From: Gammaproteobacteria bacterium
Lineage (GTDB): Bacteria > Pseudomonadota > Gammaproteobacteria > Pseudomonadales > Pseudohongiellaceae
Length of the DNA: 32,000 bases
Direction of reading: 5' to 3'
Assembly: GCA_002711845.1 (NCBI GenBank)
Contig: PASF01000002.1
Span: 1 to 32,000, forward strand
In this document: positions 7,995 through 15,546 of the stretch, piece after piece
Position numbering within the stretch: position 1 is the stretch's first letter
Layout: every line of letters starts with the position of its first letter
Program-made: the position numbers and the translations under genes
The notes under the pieces: model-generated
Told to the model about the DNA's origin: nothing
What the model saw: the letters and a program-made list of their open reading frames with translations, nothing else
Databases searched by the model: none

Positions 7995-8681
7995 CTAATG
8001 GCAATAAGAGTTGTAAATTTCCACCAGCACCTGGCGCGCCGGCGCTGTTTTAAGGGCCATACCAGGCTTGAACTTTCTTCGCGACAACAGCCACTGCCGC
8101 GCCTTTGTCGCACGAATCAGCGTGATCCTGCTGTCAGCATTATGCTCGGCGCCAAGTTCCCGGTGCGCAAAGTTCCGCACGCTTTTCTCCTTCATCCGCG
8201 CCAGCAGGGCAACCTCTGCAATGCTTAAAAAAGTCTCCTCACCGCTGTACAGCGCTGCGTCTAGCTTGAGCCGGGCAAAGAACATGTTGAGCACGACCTT
8301 CATCCCGTAGGCAGGTTGGGTTCCCCCCATCGACTCGCTCAGGCAAGTGAAAAGCTCGTTGTAGGCAATAAAAGCATTCAGTTCGCCGCCAAAATCGGCA
8401 TGGTAATTCTCACCAACTTCCTCCCCCTGGTAGGTCAGTGAAAAATAAGGGATGCCTTCAACTGCATAATTGAAGAATCGCTTGGGGATGAGTGTCGACA
8501 GCTCTACTGAATCTACAAAGATATACTGAGCAACGCCCATGAGCTGATGCGAGGCATCATCGATCTGCTGCAGGTATGTCTCCAGCGAGAGGTTCTCATT
8601 GGCAGCTTCATATAGACTCCTTTCAGCAGCGCTGATCTGCGCGTACAAAACTTCTTCGGGTGTTCGGCTAATTTGTTCCAT
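7995..8681 (-). CDS. Hypothetical protein, 228 aa, possible C-terminal helix-turn-helix
   Basis: It is a long ORF with protein-like composition. The segment LSIAEVALLARMKEKSVRNFA looks HTH-like. It has the same orientation as the 97-aa gene downstream. Confidence 0.6.
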   Translation of the reverse strand: MEQISRTPEEVLYAQISAAERSLYEAANENLSLETYLQQIDDASHQLMGVAQYIFVDSVELSTLIPKRFFNYAVEGIPYFSLTYQGEEVGENYHADFGGELNAFIAYNELFTCLSESMGGTQPAYGMKVVLNMFFARLKLDAALYSGEETFLSIAEVALLARMKEKSVRNFAHRELGAEHNADSRITLIRATKARQWLLSRRKFKPGMALKTAPARQVLVEIYNSYCH

Positions 8682-8971
8682 TTAATTATCCATTTAATAT
8701 CACAATAAGGTAATACTAGCCCCAATTATGTTATCTGTAAATAGTTTTGATGGAATATTATTTGATTTTTTAGAGGTTGTTCTTCGTATTTGGCGGTTTC
8801 CCCGGGGGAAGACAGTGTTTTTCTCTATCACTGCGCCGCACAGAGTGGAATTGACTGCAAGGTTCACCGTGCCCTACGAACGTTAGAGTCCTTGTGAATA
8901 TGGCAACCGTGTGTTGAATCGCCTATTATCGAGGAAATAGGCTGGATTGGACTGATCAATGGACGCAGATT

Positions 8972-10108
8972 ATGAAAACAGGCAAGCCAGTTTTTCTGAT
9001 GTTGTTAACGCTGCTGTTTCCGATTGAAATGAAAGCACAGGATCCCAGAGCAGAATTTCACTCCCCACTGGCAGAAGCCTGGTATAAGGTCGGCGACTAT
9101 TTCGAGTGGACCTCCACCGTTGCTGGCAACGACGGCGCACAGGTGAGCGTGTTCTATCGCACCTTCGGCGATCCGAATAATCCGCAGCTTTTGATGCTGC
9201 ACGGCTTTCCCAACTCCAGCTTTGATTACTACCGGCTGATCCCGCTACTGCAAAACGACTACTACATCGCGGTGCTGGACTTTCCCGGTTCGGGGTTTTC
9301 CGACAAGCCCTTGGATGGCTTTTCTTATATGTTGGAAGATAACGCCCGGCTAGTGGACCACTTCGTTCGCGAGGTCATCGACTTCGATGACTTTGCCCTT
9401 TATACCCACGACCGGGGTGTGAGTATCGGGCTGTCGTTTCTGGGCTTGTATCTGGATAACCCGAACCCGGACTACACCATCAATTATCATTTTCTCTCCA
9501 ATAGCGGCATGTACCTGCCCTTGGCCAGCCTGGTGCCGTTTCAGCTCGCGTTGCTGGATGCCGAGGCAGGACCGGCAATGATTGCCCGGCGCCGGGCGCG
9601 GCCACGGCTGACCGAGGGCGATCCTCAGGATGTGGCTTATTCCGACATCTTTGCCTTCAACGATGGCGACACCGCGCTACTGCACGTTGGGCGCTACCTG
9701 CTGGAGCGCCAGGTACACGAGCAACGCTGGCTGAACAACCTGCCGCGTAGTCCGGTGCCGGTGGCCTATCTGTGGGGCCTGCAGGATACAGTGAACCCAG
9801 TGCGCATCTCGCAGTATGTGTGGATGAACTACCTGAATGAGCGCGTCGCGCCCAGCTCCTACTGGCTGCTGCCATTGGCGGCGCATTACCCGCAGCGCGA
9901 GTCGCCCGAGGCGGTGGCCAAAATCGTGCGTCTGGCACTTGAAGGCCAATTGCCTGACCGGGAGGGGGAGGCGGATTTTATGCGCGAGTATGCGGCAAAT
10001 CGTGAAGCGAGCGACGCGGTGTTTGTGGGGCACACTTCGGTGCGGGACCCGGATTTTCCGAGCTCGATCGAGTATACGCCGGAGGGGTATCGGGTGGTTG
10101 AGCACTGA
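8972..10108 (+). CDS. Secreted alpha/beta-fold hydrolase (epoxide hydrolase / dehalogenase-like)
   Basis: The N-terminal signal-like segment is MKTGKPVFLMLLTLLFPIEMKAQ. The oxyanion-region motif is LMLHGFPNSSFDY. The nucleophile-elbow YTHDRGVSIG carries an Asp nucleophile, as in epoxide hydrolase and fluoroacetate dehalogenase relatives. GC is visibly higher than in neighbouring island DNA. Confidence 0.8.
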   Translation: MKTGKPVFLMLLTLLFPIEMKAQDPRAEFHSPLAEAWYKVGDYFEWTSTVAGNDGAQVSVFYRTFGDPNNPQLLMLHGFPNSSFDYYRLIPLLQNDYYIAVLDFPGSGFSDKPLDGFSYMLEDNARLVDHFVREVIDFDDFALYTHDRGVSIGLSFLGLYLDNPNPDYTINYHFLSNSGMYLPLASLVPFQLALLDAEAGPAMIARRRARPRLTEGDPQDVAYSDIFAFNDGDTALLHVGRYLLERQVHEQRWLNNLPRSPVPVAYLWGLQDTVNPVRISQYVWMNYLNERVAPSSYWLLPLAAHYPQRESPEAVAKIVRLALEGQLPDREGEADFMREYAANREASDAVFVGHTSVRDPDFPSSIEYTPEGYRVVEH

Positions 10109-10243
10109 TTCAATCTGTGTCGATGTAAAAGAGTTATATTACGTAAGTGACCTAGCCCGCAATTAAAGCGGACAGTGCGTTTGATGCTAAGACTTAGGCA
10201 TAGCACTAGGCCTAAAGAGTGCACAAGAAAAGATAGGATCGAC

Positions 10244-10345
10244 GACCTTGCTCCTGAATTTAGAACCATGGCCTTAGTGAGATTGGACAGTTCCAGTGCC
10301 CGGTAACTGAGATCTGACCTCCTCCCCAATCAAACTAAACGCAAT
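10244..10345 (+). repeat. IS left-end fragment, copy B (IRL-like repeat plus ~50 nt of IS leader)
   Basis: GACCTTGCTCCTGAATTTAGAACCATGGCCTTAGTGAGATTGGA aligns to copies A, C and D. The following CTGACCTCCTCCCCAATCAAACTAAAC matches 23961-23999, which precedes the IS orfA remnant at 24050. Confidence 0.5.
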
Positions 10346-10359
10346 AATTCGTCTAATGT

Positions 10360-11430
10360 TTAGAAGCGACTCATGTATTGGTCAAACTTAGACCTTTTAT
10401 CTCCAATCAACTTGAGGAGGTCAATAGTTACGTAGACACTTTCCTCATCTCCGTGGTCAGCCCAGCCAATGGAGTAACGGTTATCGAAATGGAGTAAAAA
10501 ACCATGGCCGACATCATCGACTTCCGCGCGGTCGGCATAGACACTCGCGACAGAAAAACCGAAGGGTAGTTTCAAGTCCCAAAAATTGACTCCTAGCCAT
10601 TCCACAGCTAAACCAAACTCCGTATTATTGCCATCCGCGGCTTTATCCATACTGTTATAAATGACCTGTGGATGCAAAGCGATAACTTGATAACTGGGTG
10701 GTCCTACAAGGTGATCGGAACGGAAATGACCACGGTGTGCTAGTGTGGTAAACCAGACCTCCAGCAGCGTCTGAGATTTGCTGACCTCTAAGAACTCATC
10801 CCAGTTTTTTGCCATGCCCGAAAGTAACGTAGTATTATCATAAAGCCTGTCATAGGCAGATCGGTAGGGATTGAATGCATCTGCGAAATCGTTGAATAGG
10901 TCTCTACAGCTTTTGTTAGCCGCAGCGGACACACACAGACCAGTATCCGTAACAGTGAAGCGGCTTAGGCTGTTTGGATGCGGTTCGAAATAGCCCACGG
11001 CTTCATCAGATAAAACACCGTCTTCTAGGATAAACTCCGGCAGAACGGGATTGCCAATATCGAAGTTACTGAATGTGGTTTGAAGTCCAACAAATTGTTC
11101 GGAGTAATTTGCGGACTGTAGTAGTCCCTTACTGTCCAAAGCCTTCTCCGCCTCGGTGGCATAGTTAGATAACAAGTCACGCGCCAGGTCGTTGTACAAG
11201 TCGGTCAACATGTTAGTAGTAAGGGTGTTGTCGATGCGTGATCGGATCAATTGGATACACAGGTCCTCTCCGGTTTTTCTCCCCAGCGTGTATAGGGCGG
11301 AGAATTCACTTCCTGGATAGGAATCAATACTACAGTCGATAGCTGTTTGTTCTTCAGCGTTGGTAAGCTGAAACGAGAACGCGAATATTAGAGTTGCAAA
11401 AAATGATATAAAAACGCTACGCTTATCCAT
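10360..11430 (-). CDS. Secreted protein of unknown function, ~356 aa
   Basis: ATG 11430 has AGGAGG 9 nt upstream, and that RBS overlaps the stop of the upstream lipase-like gene. The N-terminus MDKRSVFISFFATLIFAFSFQLTNA looks like a signal peptide. Confidence 0.7.
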   Translation of the reverse strand: MDKRSVFISFFATLIFAFSFQLTNAEEQTAIDCSIDSYPGSEFSALYTLGRKTGEDLCIQLIRSRIDNTLTTNMLTDLYNDLARDLLSNYATEAEKALDSKGLLQSANYSEQFVGLQTTFSNFDIGNPVLPEFILEDGVLSDEAVGYFEPHPNSLSRFTVTDTGLCVSAAANKSCRDLFNDFADAFNPYRSAYDRLYDNTTLLSGMAKNWDEFLEVSKSQTLLEVWFTTLAHRGHFRSDHLVGPPSYQVIALHPQVIYNSMDKAADGNNTEFGLAVEWLGVNFWDLKLPFGFSVASVYADRAEVDDVGHGFLLHFDNRYSIGWADHGDEESVYVTIDLLKLIGDKRSKFDQYMSRF

Positions 11431-11443
11431 GGTTACACGCCTC

Positions 11444-12487
11444 CTAATCGTTGCCGCCAAGTTCAGCGGATATTCTTTCTATTTCGGACTGTAACTTTTT
11501 GTATTGCGCTATTGCTTTCTTTATCTCCGAAATGGAAGGGTCGTCCCGAAGCTTTTTGATCATATCGCGGAGTGCTTTAACCTCGCCTTTCAGTGTTTTT
11601 TTCTTGTATGCTTCTACGCAAAGAGCATTCTGGTCCTCGGTAACATTTACTCCATATATAAAGCGCATTAACGCTCTGGCAACTTTAGGCTCCGTAATGT
11701 ATTCGTAGAAATCATGAGTGTTCACGTTTCTAATTAGAGAGCTTTCCAGCGTTACTCCGTCCTTCATTTTTCTGTCGTACTGCTTGAACCAAGTAAAAGG
11801 GTCGTATTTATGGCTAATGTTAATAAGATTACGCGCACAGCCCTCCGCTCCGGTACAAACGGTAGATGACATTGGGTCAGATTGGCCATTGAGTAAGTTG
11901 ACCATACGACTAACATTTGCGAAGGTCCATAAGGAGGCGATATTGAAGTTGCCTGGTTTCAAGTCCGGAATATCGTCGTAGGGGTCAGACTCTACTCTGT
12001 AATATTTCGACAATGCATCGTGAACAACAGCTGTGCCGAGTGAATGGCAGATGATATGGATATTCTTATGACCATATTTGAGGCGCTTTGCTTCAAATAA
12101 GCTGAGGAAGTCTACACGTATCTTTTCACCAAAATAAGTAGTGGAGTACAAGATTACGTCCAACATGTGCGTATAGAAAAATTCGTCCTTTCCCATATTC
12201 GCTTCGAAGCTCGTCAGCTGTTTTAGCAAGCTCACCTCGAAACCTTTTCCAGTCAAAAAGCTAAAACCTGTTTTCCTAGCTTGGGCGTTTTCGGCGAATT
12301 GATTTCTTATTGCATCGAAAAAATCGCTATAGTTGAACTCTACGTAATCGACGGACTTTAGTTTCTCCTTTACATCTACAGCGAAACCTTCGGCTCGATC
12401 CGTTAAGCCTTGCTTGAAGGCTTTCTCCATTTCACCTTTGGGATGAGTCCCCATCCCATGCACCAGAATAATTAGCTGCTTAGCCAT
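11444..12487 (-). CDS. Cytoplasmic alpha/beta hydrolase, lipase/esterase-like (GxSxG), with a C-terminal coiled-coil-like tail
   Basis: It has LIILVHGMGTH near the N-terminus and the nucleophile elbow HIICHSLGTAV (about 12034-12052). Candidate Asp and His residues lie at KYDPF and NTHDF. There is no signal peptide. Confidence 0.8.
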   Translation of the reverse strand: MAKQLIILVHGMGTHPKGEMEKAFKQGLTDRAEGFAVDVKEKLKSVDYVEFNYSDFFDAIRNQFAENAQARKTGFSFLTGKGFEVSLLKQLTSFEANMGKDEFFYTHMLDVILYSTTYFGEKIRVDFLSLFEAKRLKYGHKNIHIICHSLGTAVVHDALSKYYRVESDPYDDIPDLKPGNFNIASLWTFANVSRMVNLLNGQSDPMSSTVCTGAEGCARNLINISHKYDPFTWFKQYDRKMKDGVTLESSLIRNVNTHDFYEYITEPKVARALMRFIYGVNVTEDQNALCVEAYKKKTLKGEVKALRDMIKKLRDDPSISEIKKAIAQYKKLQSEIERISAELGGND

Positions 12488-12906
12488 AGCTACTCCTGAT
12501 ATCGTTGTTAGTCTAAAGGAACTAATTTTGGATCTTTACGGTTGAGGCTCTGGCAACCTTTTTCTGGTATTACGAAACCGCAAGGTTACTATATTGACAA
12601 CGGTAAGTTCTTTTAACATGTATCGTTTGGCAAGCAAATAGCCCGAATGGGCTAGTGGTATCAGTCTATAGATACTATTAAATCGTTCGGTTGGAATGTT
12701 GCTAGAATAGATAATAACCTGAATTCATACAATATTTAGACCACGCTTTCCCTTTGGTAGAAAGGGGTTTTCTGAATCTATGGATATATAATTACGATTC
12801 TAATACCGAAGCACTCAGAAACAGTAATAGTTTTGTGTTATGCGCTAACAAAGGCAATTGAGTTGTATTGCCCGGCGCCCGGGGCCGAGAAAGTCTAGAT
12901 CAAACC

Positions 12907-13176
12907 TTAAAACCCCGCGACACTAATTTGCATCGTCTCAAAATGGCCTATTTTACTGACTGCTGAACTCGCTTTTGATTGTTTACGCCGGCTAGAGTTT
13001 AGTTGACCTCCTCTCGCGCGCCTTGGGCGGAAAACCAAAACGAACCGGGCTCTTTGGCCCATCGGAGACAAGGTAGCCCTGTTTGAGCATTTGCGGATAA
13101 GATCAAAGGCTATGTCTTCCAGCTCTTTGAAGTCCTCATTTGGAAGCGCTGGCTCCATTATGCAAACGTCTACCAC
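12907..13176 (-). pseudogene. Internally deleted fic paralog remnant
   Basis: Its first ~24 codons (MEPALPNEDFKELEDIAFDLIRK) match the fic N-terminus. At about 13090 the sequence jumps to DNA matching the fic 3' end (5147-5338), out of frame. This is equivalent to a ~975-bp deletion relative to 5339-6313. The upstream leader, including the GCCGG palindrome, is also conserved up to ~13290. Confidence 0.8.
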
Positions 13177-13495
13177 TATTTTCGCCGGTAATATTGCCGC
13201 ATCAATTGCCGGATAACGGGGCGCTAAGGGTTATGGCATTCAAAAGAGACAAAAGGCCGGCGGCACCCAAGATGGTCAGAAATCACCTTAAGATAGGGAG
13301 ATCCGTGACACTTATCTAAAGTGATTCGTTGAATCTGGGTAGAACTCGAGCTGATAGTGGTCAGATAATGGGTGTTTTTTTGAAAACGTGGCCCCGGCAA
13401 CTTTCGACCTACAATCAGGAGCCCTATTTTTTGCCAAAGTCTTTTACCATGCTTGATCCGTACGTAAAGGGCTCAAAATTGACAGTTTGTTACCA

Positions 13496-13524
13496 GGCTA
13501 TTGCCTGTGCGACAGGCAATAGCC
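13496..13524. terminator. Perfect 12-bp hairpin downstream of the 13576 gene
   Basis: The sequence is GGCTATTGCCTG-tgcga-CAGGCAATAGCC, ~50 nt past the minus-strand stop. No clear U-tract follows on either strand. Confidence 0.3.
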
Positions 13525-13575
13525 GTATCTTACGGAAAGAACTACATTTTTGGATTGAAAATTGACGTCTTGTGC

Positions 13576-13953
13576 TTACTGCGCATGAAAAATGTTAGAG
13601 CCCTCGGGCATCGCCCCGTATTCTCTAATTAGTTTGTCCGCTGTATGAACGAAGTCACCACTGGTTTGATCTGCAGTCCACAGCGGACGTGAACTGCCGG
13701 TAAATGAGCCGGGGTCGAGAAATGGCGAGAAATACGAATAAACAACCATGTAGATGTTCAATCCAACTCTCATTTGCGTGAAATCCATATCTTTCCAGGG
13801 AATCCATCCACTCTCTGTGAGGTACCAGTAGTTTTCTTTAGGCGAAACGGCTTTTGGATAGTATTTTTCGTTGGGCAACTCCTCTTCTAGGCCACTCTGT
13901 GTATGCAGTTCTTTTTCAAGTCCTATAACATTGGCTAGGGTTTTGTTTGTCAT
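13576..13953 (-). CDS. Hypothetical small protein, ~125 aa
   Basis: I prefer ATG 13953 (MTNKTLANVIG...), which has GGAGA 7 nt upstream. The longer track ORF to 14031 adds a Cys/Ser/Trp-rich, non-protein-like extension. No motif is recognised. Confidence 0.55.
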   Translation of the reverse strand: MTNKTLANVIGLEKELHTQSGLEEELPNEKYYPKAVSPKENYWYLTESGWIPWKDMDFTQMRVGLNIYMVVYSYFSPFLDPGSFTGSSRPLWTADQTSGDFVHTADKLIREYGAMPEGSNIFHAQ

Positions 13954-14030
13954 CGAATTTCTCCACGTATCAAGTTTTGTAAAACGAAGAGAAGATACAC
14001 TCCACGAACAGTGAAAAAAGGGACATCTCA

Positions 14031-15155
14031 TTGAATTTTACGAGTACAGCTGATGGCATACTTTTCAACAACCTTGTTTCCCTAATCTTCAGAGAAGCAG
14101 AAAGGGAGCGTACAACGGGAGAGGTTATACGGTCTGGCTTTAGCTTCGTTCTGAGAAGGAAGGTTGGCGCAGACTCGACTTTATTTAGAAAATTCTCGCA
14201 AAGCAAAATCCAACCCGAAGACGTCTGGTCATTCTTACGGAGGAATCTCACAGAGAATCAATTAAGCGAATTTAGCGATATCTTCGCAGATGAGGACTGG
14301 AGTGCACATGGAGATTGGGAGCTCATAGATAGAACAGCCAAAGCATTCATCGCCAAGGATCCGCGCGAGAGCACCGCGATATTTTGGTTTTTTTTGAGGA
14401 ACCTTTGCCGTAGCGAGCGTGAAATACACGCTCAGCTGAGTCAGCTATCGGGTGATAAGCTAGTGTTGACTTCATTTTACAATGGCATGGTTGAACGCAT
14501 AATGATTCTACCAGGTTTTGATTGTCAAGACCCATTCAGCCGTCAGAAATATTTGGTCGCTCGAGTGCTCTATTGGGCGGCACTAGTGGAACTTTACTTG
14601 CGTGTTTCAAGCGAAAAGTACAGAAAGGATATAGGGAATGAAAAAGCAGCACTTACTTTTTTCTTACCGCAGGCAACCAACGATAAAGCTCTAATAAGAA
14701 GCGTAGAAGTATTCCTGAATAAACAAAAGCAGATATGGGCATATCAGTGCGGAAAAGAGAAAATAACCGACAAGCGCTTCTTTGAGGACATAACAAACGC
14801 ATCACTTAGTCCTCGGCAACGCGAAAAAAATCCGGACATAAGTAAGGTCAAAAAGATATTCCAAAGATGGCGACGTGGGTCGCCGCTGAGACTTGTAAAT
14901 TTAGAGAAATTTATAGACCCACTATATTCAGCAAAGAGCATGACATTACGGAACGAAGTTACAATCTTGATGATTCCTATAATAAACCTATTCGACTATG
15001 TTCAGCGTCAACTATTGATGCAGGGACTCTCCAATACAGAGATTGAGTCAATGTTTAAAGAATATAATAGATACGTAGATTTGGTAACTCAGGCCTATGA
15101 ACGGACAACGCATAACATTAACTTTATTGACTACGATATCGAAGCCAAACTGTAA
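14031..15155 (+). CDS. Hypothetical protein, 374 aa
   Basis: It is a long ORF with protein-like composition throughout. The only plausible start is TTG 14031, with AGGGA 7 nt upstream, because the first in-frame ATG is ~150 codons in. No motif is recognised. Confidence 0.6.
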   Translation: MNFTSTADGILFNNLVSLIFREAERERTTGEVIRSGFSFVLRRKVGADSTLFRKFSQSKIQPEDVWSFLRRNLTENQLSEFSDIFADEDWSAHGDWELIDRTAKAFIAKDPRESTAIFWFFLRNLCRSEREIHAQLSQLSGDKLVLTSFYNGMVERIMILPGFDCQDPFSRQKYLVARVLYWAALVELYLRVSSEKYRKDIGNEKAALTFFLPQATNDKALIRSVEVFLNKQKQIWAYQCGKEKITDKRFFEDITNASLSPRQREKNPDISKVKKIFQRWRRGSPLRLVNLEKFIDPLYSAKSMTLRNEVTILMIPIINLFDYVQRQLLMQGLSNTEIESMFKEYNRYVDLVTQAYERTTHNINFIDYDIEAKL

Positions 15156-15289
15156 TCCTTCCATTTTCCATCAATCGTCAAAGTAGACTTGCTAGACTCC
15201 TGGACATCCATCTAACGCTTATGAAGGCCATTGGGTTCTTTCGCCCGATAACTTAGGCGGAATCGCACAATAAAGATCTATGATCCAGC

Positions 15290-15528
15290 TGACCTTTCCC
15301 CCAAATTTAGAACCATGGCTTTAGTGAGATTGGATTGACCCAAGTGGCCGGCAAATCCGGAGTCAATTCGGTAGGACTCTAAATCGCGCTGCTACTCAAT
15401 TTCGGGGTGACGTCGGAAATACAATAACGAAAGACCCCATACAGGCATCGGCGGTGTACCACCACGACGACTACTGATGGCAGCATAAGTTTCTACGAGT
15501 AACTGCTGTTGAAAATGGGGGTATTACA
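15290..15528 (+). mobile_element. Internally deleted (MITE-like) derivative of the IS3-like element
   Basis: It starts with IRL-like TGACCTTTCCCCCAAATTTAGAACCATGG (copy C). It contains only the last ~25 codons of the transposase (15411-15488, YNNERPH...MAA*). It ends with the same AAAATGGGGGTATTACA terminus as the IS at 1-98. Confidence 0.6.
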
Positions 15529-15546
15529 ATTGCTATCCACCTAATA

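Noticed and set aside
9657-10329. Minus-strand ORFs of 93-147 aa overlapping the 3' end of the hydrolase gene and the downstream spacer
   Set aside because: They are antisense to a motif-supported gene, Arg/His/Pro-rich, and run across the IS-end repeat.
13329-13565. 78-aa plus-strand ORF between the fic remnant and the 13576 gene
   Set aside because: It has no RBS and odd composition, spans a strong hairpin (13496-13524) and uses a non-ATG track start. It is most likely non-coding spacer.
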